A stretch of 64,000 nt of DNA from an uncultured Gemmatimonadales bacterium (GCA_963716255.1 OY970303.1:1248001-1312000); one strand, 5' to 3'; positions 26,654-37,949 are shown, counted from the first letter of the stretch. The notes: generated from the letters alone by a model not told the origin. Numbers and translations: made by a program.

Positions 26654-29600
26654 TCAGCTCCCCGCGGCCGGGCTGCGTCCCCCGGCGGCGGGCTTGGCCT
26701 CCACCGTGTTGTCGTCGGCGTGCTGGTCCAGCAGCTTGTGGTACGGGTCGACTCCGGCGCTGGCGGGCTGCCGGGGCACCACCACGCGGATCCGCTGCGT
26801 CCCCGTGCCGATGCGATGCTTCTGCAGGTACAGCACCGGCCCCGCCTCCCTGGGCTTGCCCTCGGGCGCCGCGGCGAACACCCCCACGTCCACCAGGTCG
26901 TTCATCCGCACCGGCCCCTCGTTGCCCAGGCTGTCCGCGCGGATCTTGTTCCCCTCCACCTCCACCACCACCTCGTAGCGCCCGTCGGGGAGCCGCGTGT
27001 ACGACGCGGAGCGCGTCCGGTTGCCGTACATGGTGATGGTCTCGAACAGGTCCGTCAGCACGTACCGCAGCGAGTCCGGCGTGGCTTCCTGGAGGTACCG
27101 GTAGAACTCCAGCGAATTGGTGTACGGGGGCTCCTGGAAGCGCGTGGCGGCCAGGTACTTCGCGATCGCCCCGTTGAGCCGCGCCTCGCCCAGGTAGTCG
27201 CGGAGCGCGTACATGGCCACGGAGCCCTTGTTGTAGTGGATGTACTGCTGGTTCTCCACCAGGAGCAGCGGCATCTCCTTCTTGCGCTCCGTGCTCCGCC
27301 CGCTGAAGTAGTTGTCCATCTCGTACTTCAGGAACTTCCTCATGTGCTCGCGCCCGTACTCCTTCTCCATCACCATCATGGCGGAGTACTGCGCGAGCGT
27401 TTCCGACATCAGGGTGGAGCCCTGCACGTTGCCGCCGATCACCTGGTGCGCCCACCACTGGTGCGCGACCTCGTGCGCGGTCACGTACAGCGGGTAGTCC
27501 ACGTCCTCCTCGTCGTCCACGCGCGCGATGAACCCGATCCCCTCCGAATACGGGATGGTGTTGGGAAACGACTGCGCGAAGCTCGCGTAGCGCGGGAACT
27601 CCAGGATCCGCACCTGCCGGTGCTGGTAGGGCCCGAAGCTGGCCGTGAAGTAGGCCAGCGACTTCTTCACCGCGTAGATCATCCGGTCCACGTTGTACTC
27701 GTGGCCGGGATGGTGGTACACCTCGATCGCCACCGTCCGCCCGTCGGGCGCCTGCCAGCGGTCGCGCTTGACCACGTACCGCGCCGACAGGAAAGAGTAG
27801 AAGTTCAGGATCGGCGCGTCCATGCGGTAGTGGAAGTAGCGCCGGCCGCCCTGCCTCCACTCGCGCTGCAGGTACCCCGGCGCGATGGCGATCTGGTCAG
27901 GGCTGGTGCTCACCGTCGCCTCGAAGTCCACCCAGTCCGCGTCGCGCGAGATGTAGGTGTTCCTCCGCGCCGCGGTGTCGGTCACCGCGGCCATGCGCGG
28001 CCTGGGCTTCAGGCCGAACTTGCGGCGCGTGTCGTCGTCGCCCAGCTCCCCGTCGTCCGCGTAGCCGAAGCTGGGAAGGATGCCGCTGTCGAAGAAGGTG
28101 CCGTTGCGGACCACGCGCGTGTTGGACACGCTGTTCTCGAACCCCTCGCTGCCGTAGTCCACCTCCCAGTCCAGCTTCAGCGAGTCGCCGGGCTGAAGCG
28201 GCGTGGCCAGCCGGTAGATGTAGTACGAGTGGTCCTCGTCGCTCAGCACGCGCGTGGCGGGCCGGCTGAACGCCAGCTTCCGGATGTCCACGTCGTTGGG
28301 GACGATGACGTGCAGCGAGTCCAGCGGGACCGTGGTCTTGTTGCGCAGCCGGTACTCGCCGCGGATCCGCGCCCGCGACTCCTCCGGGAAGATGTCGGTC
28401 CACACCCGCACCCCCACCACGCGGGGCTGCGGAGCGTCCTGGAAGCGCTTGTACAGCTTTTCGTACTCCGCCCGCGTCTCCTGCCCCTCGCGGGAGGTGG
28501 TGTACTCGTTGACGATGTTGGTGTTGTAGAAGATGAACCCGCCGAGCCCCACCACCAGCGCGCCCGCGACGGTCGTGGCGGCCAGGGCAGGGCGCTGGAA
28601 GCGGAAACGGGCCAGCCGCGTGCGCCACCCCATGCGCGTCTCCTGCCCGCGCACCCAGAACAGGTTGGTGAGCACCGCCAGCAGGACCGCCCACGCCACC
28701 CAGTACGACTTGAACCAGCCCCAGGGCTCCAGCCAGGGCCCGTAGGTGTTCATGTCGGAGTAGGTCCCCGTGGTCCCGGAGCTGTACCGGTAGAGGTTGT
28801 GCTCCAGCCCGAACTGGCTCATCAGGCCGCTGAACACGAAGTACAGGATCACCATGAGGTGGCCCATGTACTTGTGGTTCACCAGCACGTGCACCAGCAT
28901 CACGAACACGCAGAGGAGGAGCTGGCTCAGCAGGGCGGTCCCGAACAGCGTCTTCAGGTACAGCCCCAGCTCGAAGTTGTAATATCCCTTGGCCGCCTGC
29001 GTCGCGATCCCCGTCACCAGCAGCACGGCCTGAAGCACCACCACCACGAACGCCATGGCCGTCAGCTTCCCGGCGAAGGGCACCCAGGTGGGGACGGGGG
29101 TGGCGTCCTGCACCTGCTGGAGGCGCACGTCGCGCTCCTGCCACACCAGCTCGCCCGTGTAGAAGGTGATGATGATCAGCAGGAAGAGCGCGAAGCTGGC
29201 GTCCAGCATCCCCAGCACCTGGTAGGTGACCGGCCAGGTGTTGGTGCCGTACATCTTCCCCACTTCCTGCGCCGTGATGGCCATGAACAGCAGCGCCGCC
29301 GCCAGGATCGCGTAGAAGTAGCGGTTCCCCACGATGCTCCAGAACGACCGCCGCGCCACCGAGCGGTACTGGGCGAGCTGTGCCCCGAAGCCGAAGTCGC
29401 GTGTCGGCACCGGCAGGGCGATCCGGCGCGGGGCCGCGTACGGCGCGCGGGCGGCCTCCTCCTGGACGATCTTCTTCCGCGAGGAGCGCTCCGCGGCCAC
29501 GTGCGTGAAGCGGAAGCGCGTGTACACCAGCGCGAACACCGCCACCCCCGCCGCCAGCCAGAGCAGGCGGTTCCACAGGAAGATGCCCTCCAGCGGAAGG

Positions 29601-30325
29601 AGCAGCTCGTTGCGCTGGGCCGGGCTCCAGTACTTGGTCGCCAGCGAGATGGCGTTTCCGCCGAAGGGATCGAGAAGCGCCGCCGTGCGCTCGTTCTCCA
29701 GGTCGCTCATCAGCGTCCCGGCCAGCAGGTAGCCGAACACCAGCACCACCCCGCCGATGTAGTTGGGGAGCATCTGCCGGGTGAAGGCCGCCAGCGCGAA
29801 GAAGACCGCCCCGGTCAGGAGCAGCGTGGGGAGCACCACCACCAGGTAGGGCTGGAAGTACCCCGCCAGCTCGAACGCCCCGAAGCGGGCCCGGTCCGTG
29901 CCGGGGAACACGGCCCCCGCCATGAGCCCCAGCGGGATGCTCAGCATCACCAGCGCGTTCACCAGCAGCGCGCCGGTGAAGCGGCCGCCCAGGTACGAGA
30001 AGCGGGTGATGGGCGCGGTGAAGAACAGCGGGTGGATGACCGCCTCGTAGTCGCGGTACACCGAGTTCCCCAGCAGCGCCGCCGTGACGATGACCCCGAA
30101 CAGCGTCAGGGCGACGGTGAGCTGCAGCGTCACGTAGGGCGAGTCCACCTTGATGTTGCCGCCGCTCCCGCCGAACGACACGGTCGCGCTTTCCCACATC
30201 CCCCCCGCCATCAGTACCAGAAGCAGCGCGATGCCGAAGAAGATGAGGAAGTAGACCCAGGTGGAGATCCGCCGCAGGTAGTAGCTCAGCTCGAAGCGTA
30301 CGGTCTCCAGGAAGGGCCCGCTCAC
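26654..30325 (-). CDS. ABC-2-type permease fused to M1-family aminopeptidase
   Basis: Two blocks of TM helices, then AQSFP, HEVAHQWW-x-SETLAQY gluzincin motifs and YNKG. Confidence 0.88.
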   Translation of the reverse strand: MSGPFLETVRFELSYYLRRISTWVYFLIFFGIALLLVLMAGGMWESATVSFGGSGGNIKVDSPYVTLQLTVALTLFGVIVTAALLGNSVYRDYEAVIHPLFFTAPITRFSYLGGRFTGALLVNALVMLSIPLGLMAGAVFPGTDRARFGAFELAGYFQPYLVVVLPTLLLTGAVFFALAAFTRQMLPNYIGGVVLVFGYLLAGTLMSDLENERTAALLDPFGGNAISLATKYWSPAQRNELLLPLEGIFLWNRLLWLAAGVAVFALVYTRFRFTHVAAERSSRKKIVQEEAARAPYAAPRRIALPVPTRDFGFGAQLAQYRSVARRSFWSIVGNRYFYAILAAALLFMAITAQEVGKMYGTNTWPVTYQVLGMLDASFALFLLIIITFYTGELVWQERDVRLQQVQDATPVPTWVPFAGKLTAMAFVVVVLQAVLLVTGIATQAAKGYYNFELGLYLKTLFGTALLSQLLLCVFVMLVHVLVNHKYMGHLMVILYFVFSGLMSQFGLEHNLYRYSSGTTGTYSDMNTYGPWLEPWGWFKSYWVAWAVLLAVLTNLFWVRGQETRMGWRTRLARFRFQRPALAATTVAGALVVGLGGFIFYNTNIVNEYTTSREGQETRAEYEKLYKRFQDAPQPRVVGVRVWTDIFPEESRARIRGEYRLRNKTTVPLDSLHVIVPNDVDIRKLAFSRPATRVLSDEDHSYYIYRLATPLQPGDSLKLDWEVDYGSEGFENSVSNTRVVRNGTFFDSGILPSFGYADDGELGDDDTRRKFGLKPRPRMAAVTDTAARRNTYISRDADWVDFEATVSTSPDQIAIAPGYLQREWRQGGRRYFHYRMDAPILNFYSFLSARYVVKRDRWQAPDGRTVAIEVYHHPGHEYNVDRMIYAVKKSLAYFTASFGPYQHRQVRILEFPRYASFAQSFPNTIPYSEGIGFIARVDDEEDVDYPLYVTAHEVAHQWWAHQVIGGNVQGSTLMSETLAQYSAMMVMEKEYGREHMRKFLKYEMDNYFSGRSTERKKEMPLLLVENQQYIHYNKGSVAMYALRDYLGEARLNGAIAKYLAATRFQEPPYTNSLEFYRYLQEATPDSLRYVLTDLFETITMYGNRTRSASYTRLPDGRYEVVVEVEGNKIRADSLGNEGPVRMNDLVDVGVFAAAPEGKPREAGPVLYLQKHRIGTGTQRIRVVVPRQPASAGVDPYHKLLDQHADDNTVEAKPAAGGRSPAAGS

Positions 30326-31233
30326 GAGGCCGCCTCGGCGCCCGAGAGCGACGCCTCCTGCGCGTGGAGCCCGGCCATGGCCGTGAAGTACACGTCCTCC
30401 AGCGTGGCCTCCACCGCGTCGAACGACGCGTCCGGCCGCTCGGCGGCGTGCACGTGGACCACCGTGCGCCCGGCGAAGAGCCGGGTGGAGATCACCCGGT
30501 GACCCGCCTCGTACGCCGCCAGCTCGTCCTTTTCAACGATCTTCTTCCACACCTTGCCCTGCAGCGATTCGATGGCCGCCAGCGGCTCCGCCTCCAGCAG
30601 GATGCGGCCGCGGTTGATGATCGCCATGCGCCGGCACAGCTCGCTCACGTCCTCCACGATGTGAGTGGAAAGGATCACCACCGCGCTCTCGCCCAGCTCG
30701 CTGAGCAGGTTCAGGAAGCGCACCCGCTCCGCCGGGTCCAGCCCCGCCGTGGGCTCGTCCACGATGATCAGCCTGGGGTTCCCCAGCAGCGCCACCGCGA
30801 TTCCGAAGCGCTGCCGCATCCCCCCCGAGAAGCCGCCCAGCTTCTTCTTGCGGACGTCGTACAGGTTGGTCTGCTCCAGCAGCGCCCGGACCGTCTCGTT
30901 CCGCTGGCGCCGGTCCACGATCCCCTTGAGCACGGCGAAGTGGTCCAGCAGGTCCTCCGCCGAGACCTTTGGGTACACGCCGAACTCCTGCGGCAGGTAG
31001 CCCAGCGTCCGACGCAGCTCGTCCTTCTGGCGGAGCACGTCGATGGTGCCCAGCGTGGCGGAGCCGGAATCCGCCTCCTGGAGGGTGGCGAGCGTCCGCA
31101 TCAGGGTGGACTTCCCGGCCCCGTTGGGGCCCAGCAGGCCGAACATCCCCTGCGGGATGGTGAGCGAGACGTCGTCCAGGGCGCGCACGCCGTTGGGGTA
31201 CGTCTTCGACAGGTTCTCGATGACCAGTTGCAT
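30322..31233 (-). CDS. ABC transporter ATP-binding protein
   Basis: GPNGAGKS, FSGGMRQR, IVDEPTAGLD, STH. Confidence 0.95.
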   Translation of the reverse strand: MQLVIENLSKTYPNGVRALDDVSLTIPQGMFGLLGPNGAGKSTLMRTLATLQEADSGSATLGTIDVLRQKDELRRTLGYLPQEFGVYPKVSAEDLLDHFAVLKGIVDRRQRNETVRALLEQTNLYDVRKKKLGGFSGGMRQRFGIAVALLGNPRLIIVDEPTAGLDPAERVRFLNLLSELGESAVVILSTHIVEDVSELCRRMAIINRGRILLEAEPLAAIESLQGKVWKKIVEKDELAAYEAGHRVISTRLFAGRTVVHVHAAERPDASFDAVEATLEDVYFTAMAGLHAQEASLSGAEAAS

Positions 31234-31325
31234 GGCTCGGGCAGGATGGGGTGCGGGAAGGGAGCGGGTCGGTGCCCTGGCGTACGGGCAGCACGAGCCG
31301 GGTGTTTCAGGCGGTGTGTGCAGGC

Positions 31326-31354
31326 ATCATAGCATCAATACAACAAAACGTCAA
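31326..31354 (-). promoter_or_regulatory. Sigma70-like promoter for the ABC/M1 operon
   Basis: TTGACG-N17-TATGAT on minus strand about 90 nt upstream of the ATPase ATG. Confidence 0.7.
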
Positions 31355-31373
31355 CGAAATTTAACGGACGGCG

Positions 31374-31512
31374 GGGTTCGGGCGTGTCCCCGGCTGGCGC
31401 CGGGGTCGGGCTTCGGCTCCGTAAGCCCGCAAACAACGCGGGCTAACGGAGTCGAGCCCCGGCGGAAACAGCCCCGCCGGGTCTCGCCCCTTCGGGCCGA
31501 AATCCCTCACGC
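31374..31512 (+). repeat. Repeat family A, copy 5
   Basis: First hairpin as in copies 1/2, second hairpin as in copies 3/6. Confidence 0.93.
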
Positions 31513-31556
31513 AGCTCCGCGCTGGCGTCGGCGGCGCCGCTGCCCGGAACGGCCGG

Positions 31557-32780
31557 TCAGCTCCCGGTCCACATCAGGTCGGCGACCACCGGGCGGTGGT
31601 CGGAGCCCACGTCGGGGCCCACCCAGGCACGGTCCACGCGCCAGCCGGGGCCGGCGAGCACGTGGTCGATGCGCACGCGGATCCAGCCGTTGAAGCGGGT
31701 GAACCCGAAGCCGCGGCCCGCGCGCGAGAAGGCGTTGGTGAAGCCGCCCCACGACTCGCGGTAGATGCGGCTTTCCACCGGGAGGTTGAAGTCCCCCGCG
31801 ACGAGCAGGGGCATCTGCCCCTGCACGATCCAGCGCGAGGCGACGCGCGACTCGATCCCGCGCGAGATGGCGTTGGACAGCACGCGGTCCCCGCCGCTGC
31901 CCCGGAGGACGCCCTCCAGCCCCTTGCGCGGCGTCTCCAGGTGCAGGTTCACCAGCTGCACCGGGCCGCCCGGCGCGTCCAGCGTGTAGCGCGCCGCCGC
32001 GCTCGTGCCGCCGATCCCCGCGTCGCGCACCAGGTCGAACCGGCTGCGGTCCATCACCTCCACCGCGCGCACCGGGAAGCGGCTCAGCAGGCAGAGCTGG
32101 CCGTCGCGGCGCAGCGCCCATCCGCCCACCCGTCCCAGGGCCGCGGCCACCGGGTCGGTGCACTCCTGGACGGCCACCACGTGGGGCCGCCACTCCGCCA
32201 CCCGGGCGATCAGCCGCTCCGCCGCCCAGGGCTCCCCCGCGGCGTTCAGCGTCACCACGCGCACCGTGCCCGGCGCCGGCCCGCCGTGCAGCAGGGAGCG
32301 CCAGCCCAGGCGCAGCCCCATCACCGGGAACAGCATCACCAGCGCCGCCACGGCGAGGGGAAGCAGGAGCGTCCGGCGGAGGAGGGCGGCCGCCGGGAGC
32401 AGGAGGGCGAGCGGGAGGAGGAGCACCCAGCGCGGGCCGAACAGGTACACCGTCGCCGGCCACCAGCGGTCGCCCGCCGTCCAGAGCACCGCGCACACCA
32501 CACCCACCAGCGCGGCGTAGCCCCAGGCGGCGCGGCCCAGCCAGCACACCAGGAGCGGCGGCGCCGCGGGGCGCGCCCGGATCGCGGCGGCGACGGCGCC
32601 GCGCAGGGCGGAAAAGGGACGCTTCGCCGCGGCGCCGGCGGCCGGCGGGGCGGCCGCCTCCTGCCGGGGAGGCGGAAGGCGGATGGGGATGTGACGGCCG
32701 CAGGGACAGTGCAGCACCCGGCCCACGTGCTGCTCGTCGGCGTGGAACAGCTCGCCGCAGCGGCAGCGGATGCGGATCAC
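31557..32780 (-). CDS. Membrane-anchored endonuclease/exonuclease/phosphatase (EEP) family protein with N-terminal zinc ribbon
   Basis: CRCG...HCPCG, 3 TM, VVTLN, VAVQE, NLHLETP, AGDFN, RIDHVL, GSDHRP. Confidence 0.85.
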   Translation of the reverse strand: MIRIRCRCGELFHADEQHVGRVLHCPCGRHIPIRLPPPRQEAAAPPAAGAAAKRPFSALRGAVAAAIRARPAAPPLLVCWLGRAAWGYAALVGVVCAVLWTAGDRWWPATVYLFGPRWVLLLPLALLLPAAALLRRTLLLPLAVAALVMLFPVMGLRLGWRSLLHGGPAPGTVRVVTLNAAGEPWAAERLIARVAEWRPHVVAVQECTDPVAAALGRVGGWALRRDGQLCLLSRFPVRAVEVMDRSRFDLVRDAGIGGTSAAARYTLDAPGGPVQLVNLHLETPRKGLEGVLRGSGGDRVLSNAISRGIESRVASRWIVQGQMPLLVAGDFNLPVESRIYRESWGGFTNAFSRAGRGFGFTRFNGWIRVRIDHVLAGPGWRVDRAWVGPDVGSDHRPVVADLMWTGS

Positions 32781-33598
32781 GGCGTGCCGGGGAAGCCGCT
32801 TTCCGGCCCCGGCGGCTCCGGCTTCCGCCCGGACGCCATCACCATGTTCGTCAGCGCGAAGAACGTCCCGGCCTCGTCCGCGGCGCGCCAGCTCCCCTCC
32901 AGGCGCGCGACCTCGTCCGCCGTCATCACGCCCGCGCGCACCGCCTCGTCCGCCGCCGTGTCCATGCGCGACAGGAGGCGCCAGAGCGCGTAGTCGGTGA
33001 CGTACAGCGGAACCACGTCCACTGCGACCTCCTCCAGCCCGGCGCGCCTCGCCATCCCGAACAGCCGCCGCCCGGAGTAGCCGTTGGCCAGGCACAGCTC
33101 CGCCAGGACGCGCGCCATGCGCCGCTCCAGCTCCACCTCGGCCGTGTCCACCGAGCGGGTGCCCCAGTCGGTGTCCATCACCACCACCCGGCCGCCGGGC
33201 CGCGCCACGCGCACCATCTCGGCCAGCGCCGCCTCCGGGCGCGCGAGGTGCAGGAACAGGCGCTCGCAGCGCACCGCGTGGAAGCGGTCCCCCGCGAAAG
33301 GCAGCGCCGTCGCGTCCGCCTGCCGGTGCTCCACCCGGCCGGCCACCCCCGCCTGCGCGGCGCGGCGATCGGCCTCGGCGACCATCGCGGGGTCCTGGTC
33401 CACCCCGATCACGCGGCCGGCGGCTCCCACCCGCTCCGCCAGCGGCACCGTGTCCGTGCCGGGGCCGCACCCCACGTCCAGCACCTCCGCGCCGGGGGCC
33501 AGGCGCATGCGCTCGTAGCTCAGGCGCTTGCCCTCCGCGGCGAGGCGGGCGGCCGCGTCCAGGTAGGCGGGATCCACGTATCCGGGAGCGTGCGTCAC
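32777..33598 (-). CDS. Class I SAM-dependent methyltransferase
   Basis: VLDVGCGPG, ADATALPF, EMVRVARPGG, DTDW. Confidence 0.88.
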   Translation of the reverse strand: MTHAPGYVDPAYLDAAARLAAEGKRLSYERMRLAPGAEVLDVGCGPGTDTVPLAERVGAAGRVIGVDQDPAMVAEADRRAAQAGVAGRVEHRQADATALPFAGDRFHAVRCERLFLHLARPEAALAEMVRVARPGGRVVVMDTDWGTRSVDTAEVELERRMARVLAELCLANGYSGRRLFGMARRAGLEEVAVDVVPLYVTDYALWRLLSRMDTAADEAVRAGVMTADEVARLEGSWRAADEAGTFFALTNMVMASGRKPEPPGPESGFPGTP

Positions 33599-34497
33599 GG
33601 GTCCGGGGGAGCAGGGGGGAGGAGGAAGGCGCGGATCTCGTCCGCCACGCGGTCGCGGGCGGAAAGGAAGAAGTAGTGGCCGCCGGGAACCTCCACCACC
33701 CTGCCCTGCCGGGCTTCGCGGCGGAAGCGCTCGACCGCCGCGCGCCGCCAGGGCAGACGGATTCCCCACAGGTATTCCTCGGCGCGCCGGCGGGCCGCCG
33801 CGTCGGCCGGGTCCAGCCAGCCGAAGTGCGACTCCACCGACTCCGCGGCGACCAGCGCCAGCGCGGGGCAGCACAGCGCCCCGAAGGGCGGCGGGTGCGC
33901 GGCCGCCTCGGCCATGACCGGGTACAGCAGCTCCAGGCGGCGGATTTCCTCGACCGCCGGGGCGCGCGCGGCCAGGTCGGCCTCCAGAGCCTCGCACCAG
34001 AAGCCAGGGACGTAGCGGCGCAGCCACTCGCGCTGCTGGAAGGCGTCGCCCAGCAGCGGCCGGGAGGGGGGTGGAAAGGGGTTGCGGACGACGACCGGGT
34101 CGCGGCCCGCGTAGTCGACGATGCCGTCCAGGTAGACCACGTGGCTCACCCGCTCCGGGTGGTCCGCCGCCAGCCGCGTCGCCACCACGCCCGCGAACGA
34201 GTGCGCCACCAGCGCGGCCCGCTCCATCCCCAGCTCGTCCATCGCCCCCCGCAGCTCCGCCGCCAGGCCGGCCACGGTGTACCCGTCCCCGGGCGTCGCC
34301 GACGCGCCGTGCGCGCGCGGCGTCACCGCGGCCACGCGGCGGTCCGCCGCCAGGGCGGGCGCCAGCTCCCGGAACACGTGCGCGCTGTGCCCCAGCCCCG
34401 GAAGCAGGAGCAGGGGGTCGCCCTCGTCGCCCCACAGCAGGCAGTGCAGCCGCACGCCGCCGGGCTCCACGAAGACGCTCCGCGGCTCCGGCGTCAT
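33595..34497 (-). CDS. Alpha/beta hydrolase
   Basis: LLLPGLG, RAHGAS, AHSFAG nucleophile elbow, GGHY. Confidence 0.85.
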   Translation of the reverse strand: MTPEPRSVFVEPGGVRLHCLLWGDEGDPLLLLPGLGHSAHVFRELAPALAADRRVAAVTPRAHGASATPGDGYTVAGLAAELRGAMDELGMERAALVAHSFAGVVATRLAADHPERVSHVVYLDGIVDYAGRDPVVVRNPFPPPSRPLLGDAFQQREWLRRYVPGFWCEALEADLAARAPAVEEIRRLELLYPVMAEAAAHPPPFGALCCPALALVAAESVESHFGWLDPADAAARRRAEEYLWGIRLPWRRAAVERFRREARQGRVVEVPGGHYFFLSARDRVADEIRAFLLPPAPPDP

Positions 34498-34534
34498 CGG
34501 GCGCCGCCCGGCGTGGACCCGCCCACGGGCACCG

Positions 34535-36205
34535 CTACCGCTCCAGCATGGGAATGCGCACGCCCCGGTCGCGGGCGGTCTCCACCGCCGTCTCGTACCC
34601 GGCGTCGGCGTGGCGCGCCACCCCCATCCCCGGGTCGTTGGTGAGGACGCGCTCCAGCCGCTCGCGCATCTCCGGGGTGCCGTCCGCCACGATCACCTGC
34701 CCCGCGTGCAGCGAGTTGCCGATCCCCACCCCGCCGCCGTGGTGGAACGAAACCCACGAGGCGCCGCTCGCCACGTTGACCAGGGCGTTCAGGATCGCCC
34801 AGTCCGCGATGGCGTCGCTCCCGTCCTTCATCGCCTCCGTCTCGCGGAAGGGCGAGGCCACCGAGCCGGTGTCCAGGTGGTCGCGCCCGATCACGATGGG
34901 CGCCCGGAGCTCGCCGCTCGCCACCAGGTCGTTGAGCGCCACCCCGAACTTCGCGCGCTCCCCCTGCCCCAGCCAGCAGATGCGCGCCGGGAGCCCCTGG
35001 AAGGCCACCTTCTCCCGCGCGTGGGTGATCCAGCGGTGCAGGTGCTCGTCCTCCGGGAACAGCTCCAGCACCAGCTCGTCCGTGCGGTGGATGTCGGCGG
35101 GGTCGCCGGAGAGCGCCACCCAGCGGAAGGGGCCCTTGCCCTCGCAGAAGAGCGGGCGGACGTACGCCGGGACGAAGCCGGGGAAGGCGAAGGCGTCGGC
35201 GAAGCCCGCGTCCAGCGCCTGGGTGCGCAGGTTGTTGCCGTAGTCGAAGGTGACGGCGCCGGCGCGCATCATCTCCACCATGGCCTCGCAGTGCACGCGC
35301 ATGGATGCCGTGGAGCGGCGCACGTACTCCCGCGGGTCGCGCTCGCGCAGCTCCGCCGCCGCCGCCAGCGACATCCCCGCCGGGACGTAGCCCACCAGGG
35401 CGTCGTGGGCGCTGGTCTGGTCGGTGAGCGCGTCCGGCACCACGCCGCGCCGCAGCAGCTCCGGCAGCACCTCCGCGCAGTTGCCCACCAGCCCCACGGA
35501 CAGCGCCTCGCCCCGGGTGCGGGCGTCCAGCGTCCAGCCGAGCGCCTCGTCCAGGTCGTGCGTCATGCGGTCGCAATAGCGCGTGTCCAGGCGCCTCCGG
35601 ATGCGGTGCGGGTCCACGTCCACGCACAGCACCGCGCCGCCGTTCATGGTCACCGCCAGCGGCTGCGCGCCGCCCATCCCGCCCATCCCGCCGGTCAGCG
35701 TCCACGTCCCCCGCAGGCTCCCCCCGAAGTGCTGCCGCGCCACCGCCGCGAAGGTCTCGTACGTCCCCTGGAGGATCCCCTGCGTGCCGATGTAGATCCA
35801 CGACCCGGCCGTCATCTGGCCATACATGGTGAGCCCCTGCCGCTCCAGCTCGCGGAAGGTGTCCCAGTTCGCCCAGCGGGGCACCAGGTTGCTGTTGGCG
35901 ATCAGCACCCGCGGCGAGTGCCGGTGCGTGCGGAACACCGCCACCGGCTTCCCCGACTGGACGATCAGCGTCTCGTCGTCCGCGAGGGTGCGCAGCGTCG
36001 CCACGATCGCATCGAACGCCTCCCACGAGCGCGCCGCTTTCCCCGTGCCGCCGTACACGACCAGGTCCTCCGGGCGCTCGGCCACGTCCGGGTCCAGGTT
36101 GTTCATCAGCATCCGCAGGGCGGCCTCCTGGTGCCACCCGCGGCAGGAGATCTCGGTTCCGCGGGGCGCGCGGATGGTGCGGGGTTCGATTTCAGTCGTG
36201 CTCAT
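34535..36205 (-). CDS. hutU: Urocanate hydratase
   Basis: [53 protein letters not shown]. Confidence 0.98.
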   Translation of the reverse strand: MSTTEIEPRTIRAPRGTEISCRGWHQEAALRMLMNNLDPDVAERPEDLVVYGGTGKAARSWEAFDAIVATLRTLADDETLIVQSGKPVAVFRTHRHSPRVLIANSNLVPRWANWDTFRELERQGLTMYGQMTAGSWIYIGTQGILQGTYETFAAVARQHFGGSLRGTWTLTGGMGGMGGAQPLAVTMNGGAVLCVDVDPHRIRRRLDTRYCDRMTHDLDEALGWTLDARTRGEALSVGLVGNCAEVLPELLRRGVVPDALTDQTSAHDALVGYVPAGMSLAAAAELRERDPREYVRRSTASMRVHCEAMVEMMRAGAVTFDYGNNLRTQALDAGFADAFAFPGFVPAYVRPLFCEGKGPFRWVALSGDPADIHRTDELVLELFPEDEHLHRWITHAREKVAFQGLPARICWLGQGERAKFGVALNDLVASGELRAPIVIGRDHLDTGSVASPFRETEAMKDGSDAIADWAILNALVNVASGASWVSFHHGGGVGIGNSLHAGQVIVADGTPEMRERLERVLTNDPGMGVARHADAGYETAVETARDRGVRIPMLER

Positions 36206-36286
36206 GGTTCGGAGGGCGAAAGTAAGTCTGTCGCGCCGGGCGAGAAGGCCCCCTCCCCCGGCCAGTCGAAGCGGCCCGGCAACGGC

Positions 36287-37819
36287 TCACCCCCGCCACA
36301 GCTCGGCCAGCACGCCCTCGCGCACCAGCGCGGTCGCGGCCTCGATGTCGGGCGCGAGGATGCGGTCTCCGGTGAGCGGCGGGATGCGCTCGCGGACGAT
36401 CTCGTAGGCGCGCTCCACGCCGCGGCCGGGGCGCAGCGGCTTGTGGAACTCCAGCGCCTGCATGGCGCACATCAGCTCGATCCCCAGAACCGTCTCCGTG
36501 TTGCGCAGCACCCTGCGCGCCTTGACGGCGGCGTGCGCGCCCATGGAGACGTGGTCCTCCTTGTTGGCGTCGGTGGGGATGGAATCCACGCTCGCCGGGT
36601 GGGACAGCACCTTGTTCTCGCTCACCAGCGCCGCGGCGGTGATCTGCGCCATCATGAAGCCGGAGTGCACGCCGGGGTCGCTCACCAGGAACGCCGGGAG
36701 GCCGGACAGGTCGGGGTTCACCAGCCGCTCGACGCGCCGCTCCGAGATGGAGGCCAGGTCCGCCAGGGCGATGGCGAGCAGGTCCAGCACCTGCGACACC
36801 GGCTGCCCGTGGAAGTTGCCGCCACTGACGACCAGCCCCCCGTCTCCCTCGTCCGGGAAGATCAGCGGGTTGTCGGTGGCGCTGTTGGCCTCCGTCTCCA
36901 GCACGCCGTGGATGTACGCCAGGGCGTTGCGCGCGGCGCCGTGTACCTGCGGCATGCAGCGGAGCGCGTAGGCGTCCTGCACGCGCGGGTCGCCGTAGCG
37001 GTGCGACTCGCGGATCTCGCTGTCCGCCAGCAGGGCGCGCAGGCGCTCGGCGCTGGCGAGCTGGCCGGGGTGCGGCCGGACGCGCTGGATGGCGGGGTGG
37101 AAGGCGTCCGGCGTTCCCCTGAGCCCCTCCAGCGACGCCGCGCCGATCACCTCGGCAGCCTCCACCGCGCGCTCCGCCGCAACCAGGGACAGCGCCCCCA
37201 GCCCGGTCATGAACTGCGTGCCGTTGTTGAGGGCGAGCCCCTCCTTGGCCTGCAGCCGCACCGGCTCCAGTCCCACACGCCTGAGCGCCTCCGCGCCGGC
37301 GAGGATCTCGCCGCCCACCTCGGCGTGGCCCTCGCCCACCAGCACCAGCGCCAGGTGCGAGAGCGGCGCCAGGTCGCCGGAGGCGCCCACGGAGCCCTGC
37401 TCGGGGATCACCGGGGTGACGCCGCGGTTGAGCAGTTCCAGGAGCAGCCCCACCACCTCGGGGCGGATCCCCGAGAACCCCTTGGCCAGCACGTTGGCGC
37501 GGAGCAGGGTGACCGCCCGCGCCTCCTCGCGCGGGATCGGCGCGCCCACGCCGCAGGCGTGGCTGCGGATCAGGTTGATCTGCAGCTCCTCCAGGCGGTC
37601 CAGCGGGATGGCCACCTCCGACAGGCGGCCGAAGCCGGTGGTGAGCCCGTACACCACCCGCCCCTCCGCCACGGCGCGCTCCACCACGGCGCGCGAGCGG
37701 CGCATGCGCTCCACGGCGTCCGCGGTCAGCTCCACCCGCGCGCCGCCGCGCGCCACCCGCTCCACGTCTTCCAGGGTGAGGCCGTCCCCGTCGATCCCGA
37801 TCTGCTCCGCTGCTTGCAT
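36287..37819 (-). CDS. hutH: Histidine ammonia-lyase
   Basis: [20 protein letters not shown] (MIO), [21 protein letters not shown]. Confidence 0.97.
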   Translation of the reverse strand: MQAAEQIGIDGDGLTLEDVERVARGGARVELTADAVERMRRSRAVVERAVAEGRVVYGLTTGFGRLSEVAIPLDRLEELQINLIRSHACGVGAPIPREEARAVTLLRANVLAKGFSGIRPEVVGLLLELLNRGVTPVIPEQGSVGASGDLAPLSHLALVLVGEGHAEVGGEILAGAEALRRVGLEPVRLQAKEGLALNNGTQFMTGLGALSLVAAERAVEAAEVIGAASLEGLRGTPDAFHPAIQRVRPHPGQLASAERLRALLADSEIRESHRYGDPRVQDAYALRCMPQVHGAARNALAYIHGVLETEANSATDNPLIFPDEGDGGLVVSGGNFHGQPVSQVLDLLAIALADLASISERRVERLVNPDLSGLPAFLVSDPGVHSGFMMAQITAAALVSENKVLSHPASVDSIPTDANKEDHVSMGAHAAVKARRVLRNTETVLGIELMCAMQALEFHKPLRPGRGVERAYEIVRERIPPLTGDRILAPDIEAATALVREGVLAELWRG

Positions 37820-37949
37820 CGTCGCTCCACGCTGAAGGGCGAGACAAGATACCAGGCCGCTCTTTGGCGAACAACGGAGCCCCCCGGAAAAAGGGGCGGG
37901 CCGCCCCGGATGGGGGCGGCCCGCGTACGCGAGCGGCGTGCGGAGCCGG

